64,000 bases of DNA, taken from Candidatus Eiseniibacteriota bacterium. Lineage in GTDB: Bacteria; Eisenbacteria; RBG-16-71-46; CAIMUX01; VGJL01. The translations under genes and the position numbers were made by a program. This document shows, piece after piece, positions 40,056 through 50,210 of the stretch (its first letter is position 1; each line of letters starts with the position of its first letter). The notes below the pieces were generated by a model, which was not told the origin of the DNA, did not search any database, and was given only the letters and a program-made list of their open reading frames with translations. The DNA is taken from the NCBI GenBank assembly GCA_963792585.1, contig CAWBWI010000001.1, positions 1,856,001 through 1,920,000 on the forward strand, given 5' to 3'.

Positions 40056-42362
40056 TCACGGCACGACGATAATCCTCTTTGCTGCCGCGCGGTCGTTGAA
40101 GCGCAAGACCGCGTAGTAGACGCCGGCGGGTAATCGCCCGCTCCTGTCCCCGCGCCGCGAGTCGAATGTCACATCGTGCACGCCCTCGTCCATAATGGCG
40201 TCCACAAGACGTAGCACCCGACGACCTCCCACATCCATCAGATCCAGCGAAACACGTCCCCTTTGGGGAATCTCTAAGGTGATCCTCGCCGGGCCGCTAA
40301 CCGGGTTGGGATGAACGCCTCGCACAGCCAGCACCCACCGCAGGTGCCCCACATGGACGCGCAACATGCGAACCACTTCCGGAGCCGACCCGTCAGCGAT
40401 CATCTCCAGCCTGTACTCGTAGTCGTGGTTCGATTGAACGGCGGTGTCGACGATCTCGTAGGTCCCGTCCTGCGAGACCAGCGGCGCGCTCGTCAGCAGC
40501 TCACCGGCAGGTTGGTCCGCGGTCCCTTCCTCCGCTGATCGATAGACGTTGAAGCGGACGTTCCGCACGTCCAGCGGCATACTCCATCGAAGCCGTACGT
40601 CATGGTCCCGGACTTCGGCAGATGCATCCTCGATCCGGATTGGGGTCGGTTCGCCATCCCTCTTGATTGCCAGGTGCACGTCATGACCGGTCGCGAGCGC
40701 TACGAAATCCTGGTTCGGATGCGGTAGCGGCTGACCGAACCAGCCGCTCCCCCAAATGGCGAGCGTTCCGTCGGACCTGAGTCCGACGCTCTGCTCGTCC
40801 CCCGCCGCGATGGCAATGAACGGCCCCGGAGGAGCATCGCATTGGCCATACTCATTGGCTCCCCAACCCACCACGGAACCGTCGGACTCGAGTCCCAGGC
40901 TGTGCCGATAGCCCGCCGATATGGCGACGAAGCCTGTATTGGGCGCCGGCACGTCGCACTGGCCGTCATCGTCGATTCCCCAGGCGACGACCGTCCCGTT
41001 GGACTTCAGGCCAAGCGCGTGCATCGCGCCCCCAGAGACCGCTGTGAAGTCGGCGTTGGGCTCGGGGACGTCCAGGAGGCCATATTCGCCCCAACCCCAG
41101 ACGATGATCCTCCCGTCGGACTTCAGACCCAGGCTGTTGCACCCGCTCGCTGACACTGCCACGAAGTCGGAATTGGGCTCAGGGACATTGCACTGGCCAC
41201 AGGCGTTCTCCCCCCACGCCACGATCCTGCCGTCCGATTTCAGGCCGAGGCTTTGACCGCCTGTGTTCGCGGCGACAGCGACGAAGTCCGCGTTCGGCTC
41301 TGGGATGTCCAACTCGCCTTCTCCGTTGTACCCCCACGCCAGGATCGTCCCATCCGTCTTCAGCGCCAACGTGTGCCATTCACCTTTCGACACGGCGGCG
41401 CAGTCGGAATTGACCGGGGGAACATTGCGCTCGAATCGGCCGTTGGTTCCACCCCAGAGCACCATGGTTCCATCCGTCCTCATGCCGACGCTGAATCCGG
41501 CCCCCGCACTGATCGACAAGAAATCCCGATTGTCTGGTGGGTCCTCGTATCTCCAACCCCATACCTCGACCCTCCCATCCGACTTGAGTCCGAGGCTGTG
41601 ATAGGCCCCACAGGCAATTGCGACAAAGCCCGTGTTCGGCTCGGGGACATCGCACTCACCGTCGCCGTTACGGCCCCATGCGACAACCGAACCATCCGAT
41701 TTCAGGCCCATGCTGTGAAACATTCCCGCCGCAACGGCCACGAACCCTGTATTGGGGGACGGTACTTCACACTCATGCTCGAAGTTTTGCCCCCAGGCCA
41801 CGATGTTGCCGGTCGACTTCAGTCCAAGGACGTGGAAGCCTCCTGCCGCCACGGCAACGAAATCCTCGTTGGGCAAGGGGACATTGCACTGCCCGTAGTA
41901 ATTCGCGCCCCAGGCGACGATTCTGCCGTCCCGCTTCAAGCCCAGGCTGTAGCCCCATCCTCCTTCGAGCGCAGCGAAGTCCGTGTTGGGGAACGGAACA
42001 TTGCAGTCGGTGTATCCCCAGCAAACGATGCTCCCGTCGGGCTTCAAGGCGAGGCTGTGTGTCACCCCTGCGGACACGGCCACAGGAGCCGGGCTAATCT
42101 CCGGAGGAATGCATTGACCGAGCTCGTTATGGCCCCAGGCTACGACCCTTCCGTTTCTGATCGCCAGAACATGACTGTCACCAGCATCTACGGCCGATAG
42201 TCCTTCGAGTTGATCCTGTTCGACAGTGATGTTCTCGCCCCAGGCGATCAACGGCCGTTCGTATTGCGCTCGCGCAGTTCCCGCGATCCCCGATATGGCA
42301 ACGAGGCAAAGGGCCGCACAGATAGCGATGGACGTGACGCGTCTGGGCGAGCCGACTCTCAT
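40056..42362 (-). CDS. RCC1-repeat secreted protein with a FlgD/T9SS-like C-terminal domain (paralogue of the 27339 gene)
   Basis: Same architecture including ASAEVRDHDV.LRW and HVG.L.W...V.PNPV; start MRVGSP with GGAGG RBS. Confidence 0.88.
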   Translation of the reverse strand: MRVGSPRRVTSIAICAALCLVAISGIAGTARAQYERPLIAWGENITVEQDQLEGLSAVDAGDSHVLAIRNGRVVAWGHNELGQCIPPEISPAPVAVSAGVTHSLALKPDGSIVCWGYTDCNVPFPNTDFAALEGGWGYSLGLKRDGRIVAWGANYYGQCNVPLPNEDFVAVAAGGFHVLGLKSTGNIVAWGQNFEHECEVPSPNTGFVAVAAGMFHSMGLKSDGSVVAWGRNGDGECDVPEPNTGFVAIACGAYHSLGLKSDGRVEVWGWRYEDPPDNRDFLSISAGAGFSVGMRTDGTMVLWGGTNGRFERNVPPVNSDCAAVSKGEWHTLALKTDGTILAWGYNGEGELDIPEPNADFVAVAANTGGQSLGLKSDGRIVAWGENACGQCNVPEPNSDFVAVSASGCNSLGLKSDGRIIVWGWGEYGLLDVPEPNADFTAVSGGAMHALGLKSNGTVVAWGIDDDGQCDVPAPNTGFVAISAGYRHSLGLESDGSVVGWGANEYGQCDAPPGPFIAIAAGDEQSVGLRSDGTLAIWGSGWFGQPLPHPNQDFVALATGHDVHLAIKRDGEPTPIRIEDASAEVRDHDVRLRWSMPLDVRNVRFNVYRSAEEGTADQPAGELLTSAPLVSQDGTYEIVDTAVQSNHDYEYRLEMIADGSAPEVVRMLRVHVGHLRWVLAVRGVHPNPVSGPARITLEIPQRGRVSLDLMDVGGRRVLRLVDAIMDEGVHDVTFDSRRGDRSGRLPAGVYYAVLRFNDRAAAKRIIVVP

Positions 42363-42484
42363 GGGTTCCTCCCCTGCTTCGCAAGTACCCGGTCCACGGC
42401 CGCACGGATCTCGCGCGCCTGATGATAACCGAGGGAAGGCAGGGGTGCCATTGGCAACTTCAGCCGCTCCGAGTGGCCGCCGTC

Positions 42485-42608
42485 TCATCTCTCCAGCACT
42501 ACCCGCCCGGTCGTCGTGCCTTGCCCCGTCGTCACGTGCGTGAAGTACACGCCCGCTGGAAGCTCGCGGTATGAGTCGTCCTTGCCATCCCACTTCAGCG
42601 AGTAGTCC
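42485..42608 (-). pseudogene. FlgD-like C-terminal domain remnant abutting the IS
   Basis: DYSLKWDGKDDSYRELPAGVYFTHVTTGQGTTTGRVVLER*, closely similar to the end of the 58387 gene. Confidence 0.8.
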
Positions 42609-43875
42609 TGTCCCTTCCATTAACTTCGTCCGGCCGTTCCTCCGAGAACGAGCGACCCCTCCACCGGCTTATTGAAGCGTGCGCCACCAATCGTACGCCG
42701 CCGGAAGCGTTGGGACCAGACTTCCTTCGGCCGGACGGTCAATACGCTTCTCGAGCTTCCGGAGAGTCCGGATCCAACGAAGATCACGCCGCGCGTCGGA
42801 AGTACCGGTGATGGAGCCCACCTGCCATCGGCTCCTCGAGAACCGGCCCCAAGTCGGGTAGCTCGATCCCCCGCGGAACCGGGCAGTCCTTCTCCAGGCC
42901 GAGATGGGTGCGCGATCCGTGGTAGTACTCGATGTAGCTCCTGAGCACGCGCCGTAGGTGTCTCTCGCTGAAGACGATCACATGATCGAGGCACTCCCTC
43001 CGGATCGATCCGATCACCCGCTCGACGTACGGGTTCTGCCACGGTGAGCGGGCCGAGATCGGCACCTCCTCGATCCCCATGCCCACGACACGTCCTACGA
43101 ACTCGTTCCCGTAGATCCCGTCCCGGTCTCGGATCAGGTATCGCGGGGCTGTCTCCCAAGGGAACGCCTCAATGATCTGCTGCCCCGTCCAGGCTGCACT
43201 CGGGTTCGTCGTCACGTTGAAGTGGATGATCCGTCTCCGGTGGTTGCTCAGAATGAGGAACACGAAGAGCACCCGAAACGTGGCCGTCGGCACCGTGAAG
43301 AAGTCGATCGAGACGATCTCCTGCGCGTGGTTCTCCAAGAACGTCCGCCAGTTCTGTGATGGCGGCTTCCTATTGCGAACCATGTACTTCGAGACGCCGG
43401 CCTGACTGATCTCGATGCCGAGTTTCAGCAGTTCCCCATGGATCCGCGGAGCACCCCAGAGTGCATTCGCCACCGACATCTGCCGGATGAGATCGCGAAC
43501 TTCTCCGGCGACCCTGGGCCTTCCCGATGCCTTCGATCGGCTCTTCCACCTCCAGTAAAGTCGGAACCCTTCCCGGTGCCATCGGATGACCGTCTCGGGT
43601 TGGACGATGGTCAGCGACTCCCGCCAGCCAGCCCAGAACCGGGACAGCAGCATCCAAAGGAGGCGATCTGCTCTTCCTGAGGCGCGGTTTCTTGGCAGTT
43701 CGTTGGAGGACATTGAGTTGGTGGCGAAGCGCGAGGTTCTCGATGGCGAGAGCGCGTTGCGATTGAAAGATGGAAACCAGGGTGTGGAGCAAGGTGAGAA
43801 GCATGGCAGCAAGCCTATCGATGTGATCGGCTAACCGCAACAGGACCAATGAGGACGAGGTTTACAGGAGGCACC
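42609..43875 (-). mobile_element. Second full-length integrase-core IS
   Basis: TGTCCCTTCCATTAACTTCGTCC ... GGACGAGGTTTACAGGAGGCACC (degenerate terminal base); the region 3' of the transposase differs from the 22802 copy. Confidence 0.85.
42784..43804 (-). pseudogene. Transposase with a frameshift near 43675
   Basis: MLLTLLHTLVSIFQSQRALAIENLALRHQL...KKPRLR is in one frame and RADRLLW...FRRAA* in another; otherwise a close paralogue of 22979-23998. Confidence 0.85.
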
Positions 43876-44947
43876 CGTCAGCGACGTAGGCGTAACTCCC
43901 CGTGACGGCCACACATTGCGCATCCCCCGGCGTGTCCACGCTCCCTACGATCTCGGGGCTCGCGGGATTCGCGGTGTCGTACACCAAGAGATCGGAAGCC
44001 TCATCGTTCACGATGTAGGCATGGGTGCCCGAGACAGCCACGCCCACGGCAACGAAATACGTGCCCGCGCTCCCCACAATCTTGGGGCCCTGGGGATTTG
44101 TGATATCGATCACCTGAAGACCGGAATCCCAGTCCGCCACGTAGGCGTAGTTGCCCGAGACGGCCACGCCCCTGGCACTCCCCTGCGTGTCCACGCTCCC
44201 CACGATCTGCGGGCTCGCGGGACTCGTGACGTCGATCGCCTGGAGACCGGAATCCCGGTCCGCGACGTAGGCGTAGTTGCCCGAGACGGCCACGCCCAAG
44301 GTATAGCCCGGCGTGTCCACGCTCCCCACGATCTGAGGGCTCGCGGGATTTGTGATGTCGATCACCTGGAGACCGCCGCCCCAGCCGTCGGCCACGTAGG
44401 CGTGGGTACCCGAGACGGCAACGTCCTCGGCAGAGCCCGGCGTGTTGACCATACCCCTATACCAGGGGCTCGCGGGATTCGTGATGTCGATCACCCCGAG
44501 ACCGAACTCGCCGGCCGCGACATAGGCGTAGTTGCCCGAGACGGTAACGTCCTCGGCATCGCCCGGCGTGTTGATGTTACCCACAATCCGGGGCCCCGCG
44601 GGATTCGTGATGTCGATCACCTGAAGGCCGCGCGGTGAGTCCGCGACGTAGGCGTAGTTGCCCGAGACGGCCACGCCCAAGGCATAGCCCGGCGTGTCCA
44701 CGCTCCCCACGATCTGAGGGCTCGCGGGATTTGTGATGTCGATCACCTGGAGACCGCCGCCCCAGCCGTCGGCCACGTAGGCGTGGGTACCCGAGATGGC
44801 AACGTCCGAAGCCCAAGTCCCTGGCATGAAAACCTTGCCCACCCAGTGGAGGTAGTCTCCGTAATCGATGCAGTCAGCAGAGGCAGGGCACGAAACTACG
44901 AGCACCCCAAGGAATGCCAGACCGATGACAACCACGGGAACTCTCAT
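43876..44947 (-). pseudogene. LVIVD-repeat secreted protein, 3'-truncated by the IS
   Basis: About 8 repeats VAVSGNYAYVAD..GLQVIDITNPASPQIVGSVDTPG; the frame runs into the IS end mid-repeat (ADG|CLL*). Confidence 0.8.
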
Positions 44948-45099
44948 GGCCAGTCCCTCCCTTCGATCTGCCACCAAAGCACAGTCAATTCAGCACGGAG
45001 AGATGCGCGGGATGAGTTTAGGGGATCCTGACGCTCGGATCCATGGCGGATTTCGTAAACCCTTGCTCTGCACGCCACGCTCGCCCCAGCCTTCACCAC

Positions 45100-45351
45100 G
45101 AGAACGCAGTTTCGTGAAGCGTCCTCTCTGGTACCCCGGAGCGAACCGCGTCGTTCACCACTCGGGCGGAGAGAACGGAGAGGGAGAGAGTCCCGGCCTC
45201 TTGGGTCGCAGAATAGGAGGGTTGCCTCCGGTCGCGCTCGATACGCTTCGCGAACAGAGAATCCGCACGGCAGAGGCACGCGCGCAACACCCTCGCGTTT
45301 CTGCGGATGACGAAGAGCCCCGGCGGCCTGCACCACCGAGGCTGCGGTCAC
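45100..45351. repeat. Dispersed non-coding element B, copy 3 (right end truncated at the neighbouring stop codon)
   Basis: First ~65 bp identical to copy 2. Confidence 0.8.
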
Positions 45352-46685
45352 TTCAGAATGACAATCTTACGTTCCTCGTGAACCCCACCCGCGTCCAGTC
45401 TCAGGTAATAGATGCCGCTGGCGGCACGACGCTCGGTGGCTGTGTCTTCACGCCAACTAAAGGTGTAAACACCAGCCGGGAGCGATCCTTCGTGGAGCGT
45501 CTGCAAGAGCCTCCCGCGCGCATCGAAGAGCCTCAATGAAACATCATCCGAACTCATCAGACGCACTCGGCAAGAGCTTGGGCTCGATGATGGATTTGGA
45601 TAGAGGAGGAGTTGGATGCCATTCTCCTGTGGCAGCTCTGCATCCGGAGCGCCCGCTCCTGAGAGGTGCCACCGCCACACTCCCGAGCCTTCGAGCGCAA
45701 CGTAGAGGGTCGGTTCAGTGGGATGGCCTTCGAGAAACATGCTCGCATAGTAGAGGCTCACCGGCAACTCGGGGAGACCGTCACCGCACTGGAACCACGA
45801 CCCGCCCAGATCCGTCGTCCGCCATACCTGGTAGAACGTTTCCGCCATGTTGGCTCCGGATATGAAGAAGCACCCTGGCCACCAAGGTAGTGACCGAATC
45901 ACATTTGTGTCGAAAGGTGTCGCTCGCGCGGTCCAGCTATGCCCTGAGTCGGTGGACACGTCGACGACCTGCCCGAGCGTGCTGGCCATCATGACGCCAG
46001 GGGTATTCCACCCCACCTCGATCTCCCAGAACCAGCACGCATAGAGAAGCTGGTGCCAGTTGGCCCCCCCGTCGAGGGAGTTGAACAGGTCGATCGTCTC
46101 GATGGCGGACCCACCCACGCAGTAAGCGAGATTGGCATCCGCGGGGTCGAATCGCGCATGGGATGGCCAGTTCTGTGGTCCGCCATGAGGGGCCCGCCAG
46201 GACCATCCTGCGTCGGTCGAGTATCGTAGCGGATCACTGATGAGGATGTGGGACGTGTCGGACGGAGCCTGCGTCAGGCGATCGAGAATGAAGTAGTCGG
46301 CATGCGTCGCCATCCAGGTTGCGCCTCCGTCCGTCGAGCGTTGCACGTAGCACCAGTCCCCCGGGCGGTCCGTGGTCACGAGTATGTTCTCGTCAGCCTC
46401 CCCCCACACGGTGACACCGTAGATGTTGTAGCCAGGCCACGCCAGCTGGTCCCATTGTCCGCTAGCGAACCGGTACCGATAGAGACCGAGGCCCGTTCTA
46501 TCGTCCTCGGAGAGCCCGAGATAGATGGCGTGCTTCGAGACGAAGAAGGCATCGGGTCTATACCCCACGCCGGGGCCGAGGAACTCCCACGATCCCTGGG
46601 CAAGGGCAAGCCCGCCGACCATGCAAAGGATTGCTCCCGCGAGGATGCAACCGAGGATCATGGACTCTGTGGAGGGCCTTCTCAT
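45348..46685 (-). CDS. BNR/Asp-box beta-propeller secreted protein with a FlgD/T9SS-like tail
   Basis: Repeated S.DGG.TW Asp-boxes; YPNPS...ASGIYYLRL. Confidence 0.85.
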   Translation of the reverse strand: MRRPSTESMILGCILAGAILCMVGGLALAQGSWEFLGPGVGYRPDAFFVSKHAIYLGLSEDDRTGLGLYRYRFASGQWDQLAWPGYNIYGVTVWGEADENILVTTDRPGDWCYVQRSTDGGATWMATHADYFILDRLTQAPSDTSHILISDPLRYSTDAGWSWRAPHGGPQNWPSHARFDPADANLAYCVGGSAIETIDLFNSLDGGANWHQLLYACWFWEIEVGWNTPGVMMASTLGQVVDVSTDSGHSWTARATPFDTNVIRSLPWWPGCFFISGANMAETFYQVWRTTDLGGSWFQCGDGLPELPVSLYYASMFLEGHPTEPTLYVALEGSGVWRWHLSGAGAPDAELPQENGIQLLLYPNPSSSPSSCRVRLMSSDDVSLRLFDARGRLLQTLHEGSLPAGVYTFSWREDTATERRAASGIYYLRLDAGGVHEERKIVILK

Positions 46686-46838
46686 GGAAGTACCACCTCT
46701 GATCTCGGAACGAATAGCCTCAAGCCGCGCCGACCAGGCTCCCGCTACCTACCTCTCGCCCCAGCGGCCGCCTGTCGAACACCGCGCCCCCGAGTATAGC
46801 GCGCCTTGGCTCCCGAAGCCAGGCAGCCCGTTCACCAT

Positions 46839-47150
46839 GGGAATGCAGTTTCGTTAAGCGTCCTCTCTGGGGTTCGCTCATGCTGAGAGCGTTCACCACT
46901 TGAGCCGAGAGAACGGGAGACGAGAGAGTTTGGCCCCGTTTCCGGCCCGTGCGTTCACCACTTCCACGGACGGCGACTTCGCAGAGAGTGCCGTGACCAG
47001 ACCCGCCCCCGCAACACCTTCGCGTTTCTGCAAATACAACGCGCCTATTCGCAGGTCAGCACCATCGCTCCGTCGACCACTCTCTGCTGCGCAAGTTCGT
47101 CGCTTGCATCTCCGGCTCCCCGGAGAGGACAGTTTACGAACGGTTCTCTC
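46839..47150. repeat. Dispersed non-coding element B, copy 4 (complete)
   Basis: GCAGTTTCGTTAAGCGTCCTCTCTGGGG ... CCCCGGAGAGGACAGTTTACGAACGGTTCTCTC. Confidence 0.8.
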
Positions 47151-47608
47151 TCCTGAGACACCACGTTACCACCATCCCGTGCATCCCGTCCTCAGTAGCA
47201 TGCACCATTACTGCCGGCCGCTCGCGTAGCTCAATTCCGTCCATTGGGGCACGGCGATCGCCAGGGGTACCTACGTCCCGGCCTGCCAGGGACCGCCTCA
47301 ACGCGCCCGGACCCGCACTTGAGAGCGCCTGTGGCAAAGGGCTCATTCCCTCCAAGGGCTGCAGTTCAGATGATCAGACCATCCTCGGGTCCGTGCACCC
47401 GGCGAATGGAGCCTTCGCGGAGTGCAGCAGCCCCGTGACAAGTCAAGGACTTGCTACCCGGTCGGTTCCCGCACCCGCAGGGCATGCGGGTGGCCCACCA
47501 GGAAACCGACACTGTGGTCATCCGAGGCTCCTCCCTGGACATTGCGGAAGTCCAGCGGGGTAACTTAGGCACCATCGGGCTCCATATTCGCGATGAACTG
47601 GAGCGCCC

Positions 47609-48760
47609 TCATGGCGCAGCGTCACGGTCGAGCAGTCGATCATAAAGAGCGAGCAGTCTCATCGTCCAAGTCGAGATCGTGAATTCGCTCAGGACCCGCG
47701 CCCGACCCGATTGGCCGAGGCTCCTTCGCAGCGCAGGCTCGCGCATTAGACGCTCGATAGCCGCAGCTAGCGCCGCTGGATCGCGCGGCGCGACGAGAAG
47801 CCCATCGATACCCTCCCGAACCGTTTCACGGATCGCGGGCAAGTCAGTTGCGACCACTGGCAGTCCGTGCCCCATCGCCTCAAGCAGTACCAGTCCCTGT
47901 CCTTCGTAGTGCGTCGAGAGGACGAAAACATCCCACCTCGGGTACGCAGTGGTCGGGTCGTCGACGAATCCGATGAACTCGACGGCGTTTCCCAACCCTA
48001 GTGCCGCAGCCAGAGCCTCCGACGCGCCTCTCGTCGGACCATCCCCTACGAGAATCAATCTCGAGTGGGGCCGAGTTCGTCGGACCAATTCAAAGGCCCG
48101 CAGCAGCGTATAGTGGTCCTTCTGGGTCCGGAAATTCGCTACCGATCCAATGACAAAGTCCCTTTCGATCGGATCGACCCCATGCGTTGTCTCCAGCACC
48201 GTGGGGACTCTCGGCAGTGCACTCGGCAGATGGATTACCTTCGCCAGGCACGTCCAGCCATGGGTGACTAGCAGACCACCGATCTCCTTGCTAACGACAA
48301 CGTGTGCGTCGATGACACGTCTGTCCACAAAGCGTGCCGCAATCCCAGATGCAACCGAACGGAGTGGGGCGCTGTGCGGTTTGGACGGATTGCCGGTCTG
48401 CAGCAATCCACGAGGTGGGTTGTGCCAGTGGAATACAATAGGCATATGCGGACGTCGCCAATCGCATGCGAGTGCAAATGGCAGTGCGAACGAGAATGAG
48501 AGGTGGGCAAGCCCGATCTGACGCTCATGCTGGAAGCGTTCGAGCTGCCTCGCGAAACCGGCGCGGAGGGGCCGTAGGATCTGAGGAACCACAAGCGTTT
48601 CTACGTGGTCACCCATCGTCCGCATCCAAGGTCTTTCATCTGGAAACGCGACCGTCAGGGCGTCTCCCCGCGCATGGAGCGCCTCGCCCAATGCTCTCAG
48701 ATGATCCGCTATGGCCCCAGGAAATGGAGGCGCGTAGTGGAGGGCGTGCAAGATCTTCAC
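47609..48760 (-). CDS. GT4 family glycosyltransferase
   Basis: VANFRTQKDH, LVGDGP, FVLSTHYEGQGLVLLEAMGHGLPVVAT. Confidence 0.9.
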   Translation of the reverse strand: MKILHALHYAPPFPGAIADHLRALGEALHARGDALTVAFPDERPWMRTMGDHVETLVVPQILRPLRAGFARQLERFQHERQIGLAHLSFSFALPFALACDWRRPHMPIVFHWHNPPRGLLQTGNPSKPHSAPLRSVASGIAARFVDRRVIDAHVVVSKEIGGLLVTHGWTCLAKVIHLPSALPRVPTVLETTHGVDPIERDFVIGSVANFRTQKDHYTLLRAFELVRRTRPHSRLILVGDGPTRGASEALAAALGLGNAVEFIGFVDDPTTAYPRWDVFVLSTHYEGQGLVLLEAMGHGLPVVATDLPAIRETVREGIDGLLVAPRDPAALAAAIERLMREPALRRSLGQSGRARVLSEFTISTWTMRLLALYDRLLDRDAAP

Positions 48761-49947
48761 GCAGCCGTCCCCACGCGAGCGGACTTCTTGAATCTCCTGC
48801 CGAGTATCCGCCGGAGAACCAAGAGCCAGATTGCCAGGAGGACTAGCCAGTTCCAGTACTCAATCGGGAGCATCCATAGGGGACCCACGGGGGCGGTATC
48901 CGCCCGCCCGAGCATGCGCCAAAGAATTTGCTGCGTGGGAACGAGCGCAGCGGCACATACTAGTCGCGTCGCGGACGTCCAACCGAGCCAGGTCAGGAGC
49001 ACAAACGCTGGGATCAAAAGGAGGGAGAATGAATAGGTGATCATCCTCGGCACCAATAGGCCATAGGTCAGGACTAAGAAGTGGATTGGTATCAGCTGAT
49101 CCGACTCGATCCGCCTGAGATTGGATGCCGCACGGACGCTAGGCACCATCAGCGCTCCCGCCGAGATGACGTATACAGTCGCAGCAACCCACCCATCCGA
49201 CCACCCCAGTAAGATCAACGTTAGGTCCCGAGAGAGGGCAAACAGACTTGAATCGATGGGGCCTCTGAGCGAATCAAAGCTCTTCGCGATTGTCGTGAGC
49301 CCATCCTCTAGCCCAGGAACCACGACGAGCGGCCCGCAGAACAACACCATGGCAATCAGGGCGCCAACAACGAATACCCGTCGGGCTTGTGGGTGCCTAG
49401 AACACAGAAGGAGACACAGGAACATAGCCGGCAGGATCTTGAACATGCCTGCCACGAGAACCAAGAGCGAGAATCGGCGGTTCCGATCCTCCTTGAGGGC
49501 CCTAAACGCCAGGAGCAACAGGAGGGCCTCGATTGTGGCGACGTTCCCCGCCCGAAGGTCGAAACCGAGAGCCGCATTGAATGCGAAGCACGCAAATAGC
49601 AGAAACCCGCCGAACGCCTCGCGTTCCGGGACAAATCCGCGGGCCACCAGAAGGAATGCCACAGTCGCAGCAACCTTGAGTGTCAAGAAAGCATAGTAGG
49701 CGGCTTCGAATGGGAGCAGCCCAAATGGTAGTATCATGATCGGGCGATATGGAGGGTAGAGTCCAGAAAGATCTGCCAAACCGTGGGCGAAAAGGTTATA
49801 CAAACGGAAATCCCATTGATACTTCTGGGGATCCACAACAACTAGAACAAGTTGCGTAAGAAGGCCTAGAACTCCGCCCCCCGCCGCCACACGCGCCGAG
49901 CTGTGCCGCCATCGACGCTCACCAGTTGCTGTCACACGCAAGCTCAC
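48757..49947 (-). CDS. GT87-like (GT-C) membrane glycosyltransferase
   Basis: WDF..Y, YPP, GNV, FKILP; many TM segments; 4-bp overlap with the GT4 gene. Confidence 0.7.
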   Translation of the reverse strand: MSLRVTATGERRWRHSSARVAAGGGVLGLLTQLVLVVVDPQKYQWDFRLYNLFAHGLADLSGLYPPYRPIMILPFGLLPFEAAYYAFLTLKVAATVAFLLVARGFVPEREAFGGFLLFACFAFNAALGFDLRAGNVATIEALLLLLAFRALKEDRNRRFSLLVLVAGMFKILPAMFLCLLLCSRHPQARRVFVVGALIAMVLFCGPLVVVPGLEDGLTTIAKSFDSLRGPIDSSLFALSRDLTLILLGWSDGWVAATVYVISAGALMVPSVRAASNLRRIESDQLIPIHFLVLTYGLLVPRMITYSFSLLLIPAFVLLTWLGWTSATRLVCAAALVPTQQILWRMLGRADTAPVGPLWMLPIEYWNWLVLLAIWLLVLRRILGRRFKKSARVGTAA

Positions 49948-50210
49948 TTCTTAGGGGTAGCGTGAGAAAGTCCCAGGAATCTGCAATAAGGCAAGTGTTC
50001 ATTCGGGCCACGGCGCCTCCAACACCCTTCGCCTCTGATCAACGGCTCTGCCTCGGTCATTCCCCCGAGAAACGCTACCATCCACTGCCGCAAAGAAGGA
50101 GCGCCACCAGCAAGAGCTCGCACGGAAACGAATCCACTTCTCTCGTCCCTCCACGCGTCCTCTCCAATTGTGCCAAGTTCAGCAGGCTAGGACAAGCGAC
50201 AAGGTCCGAG

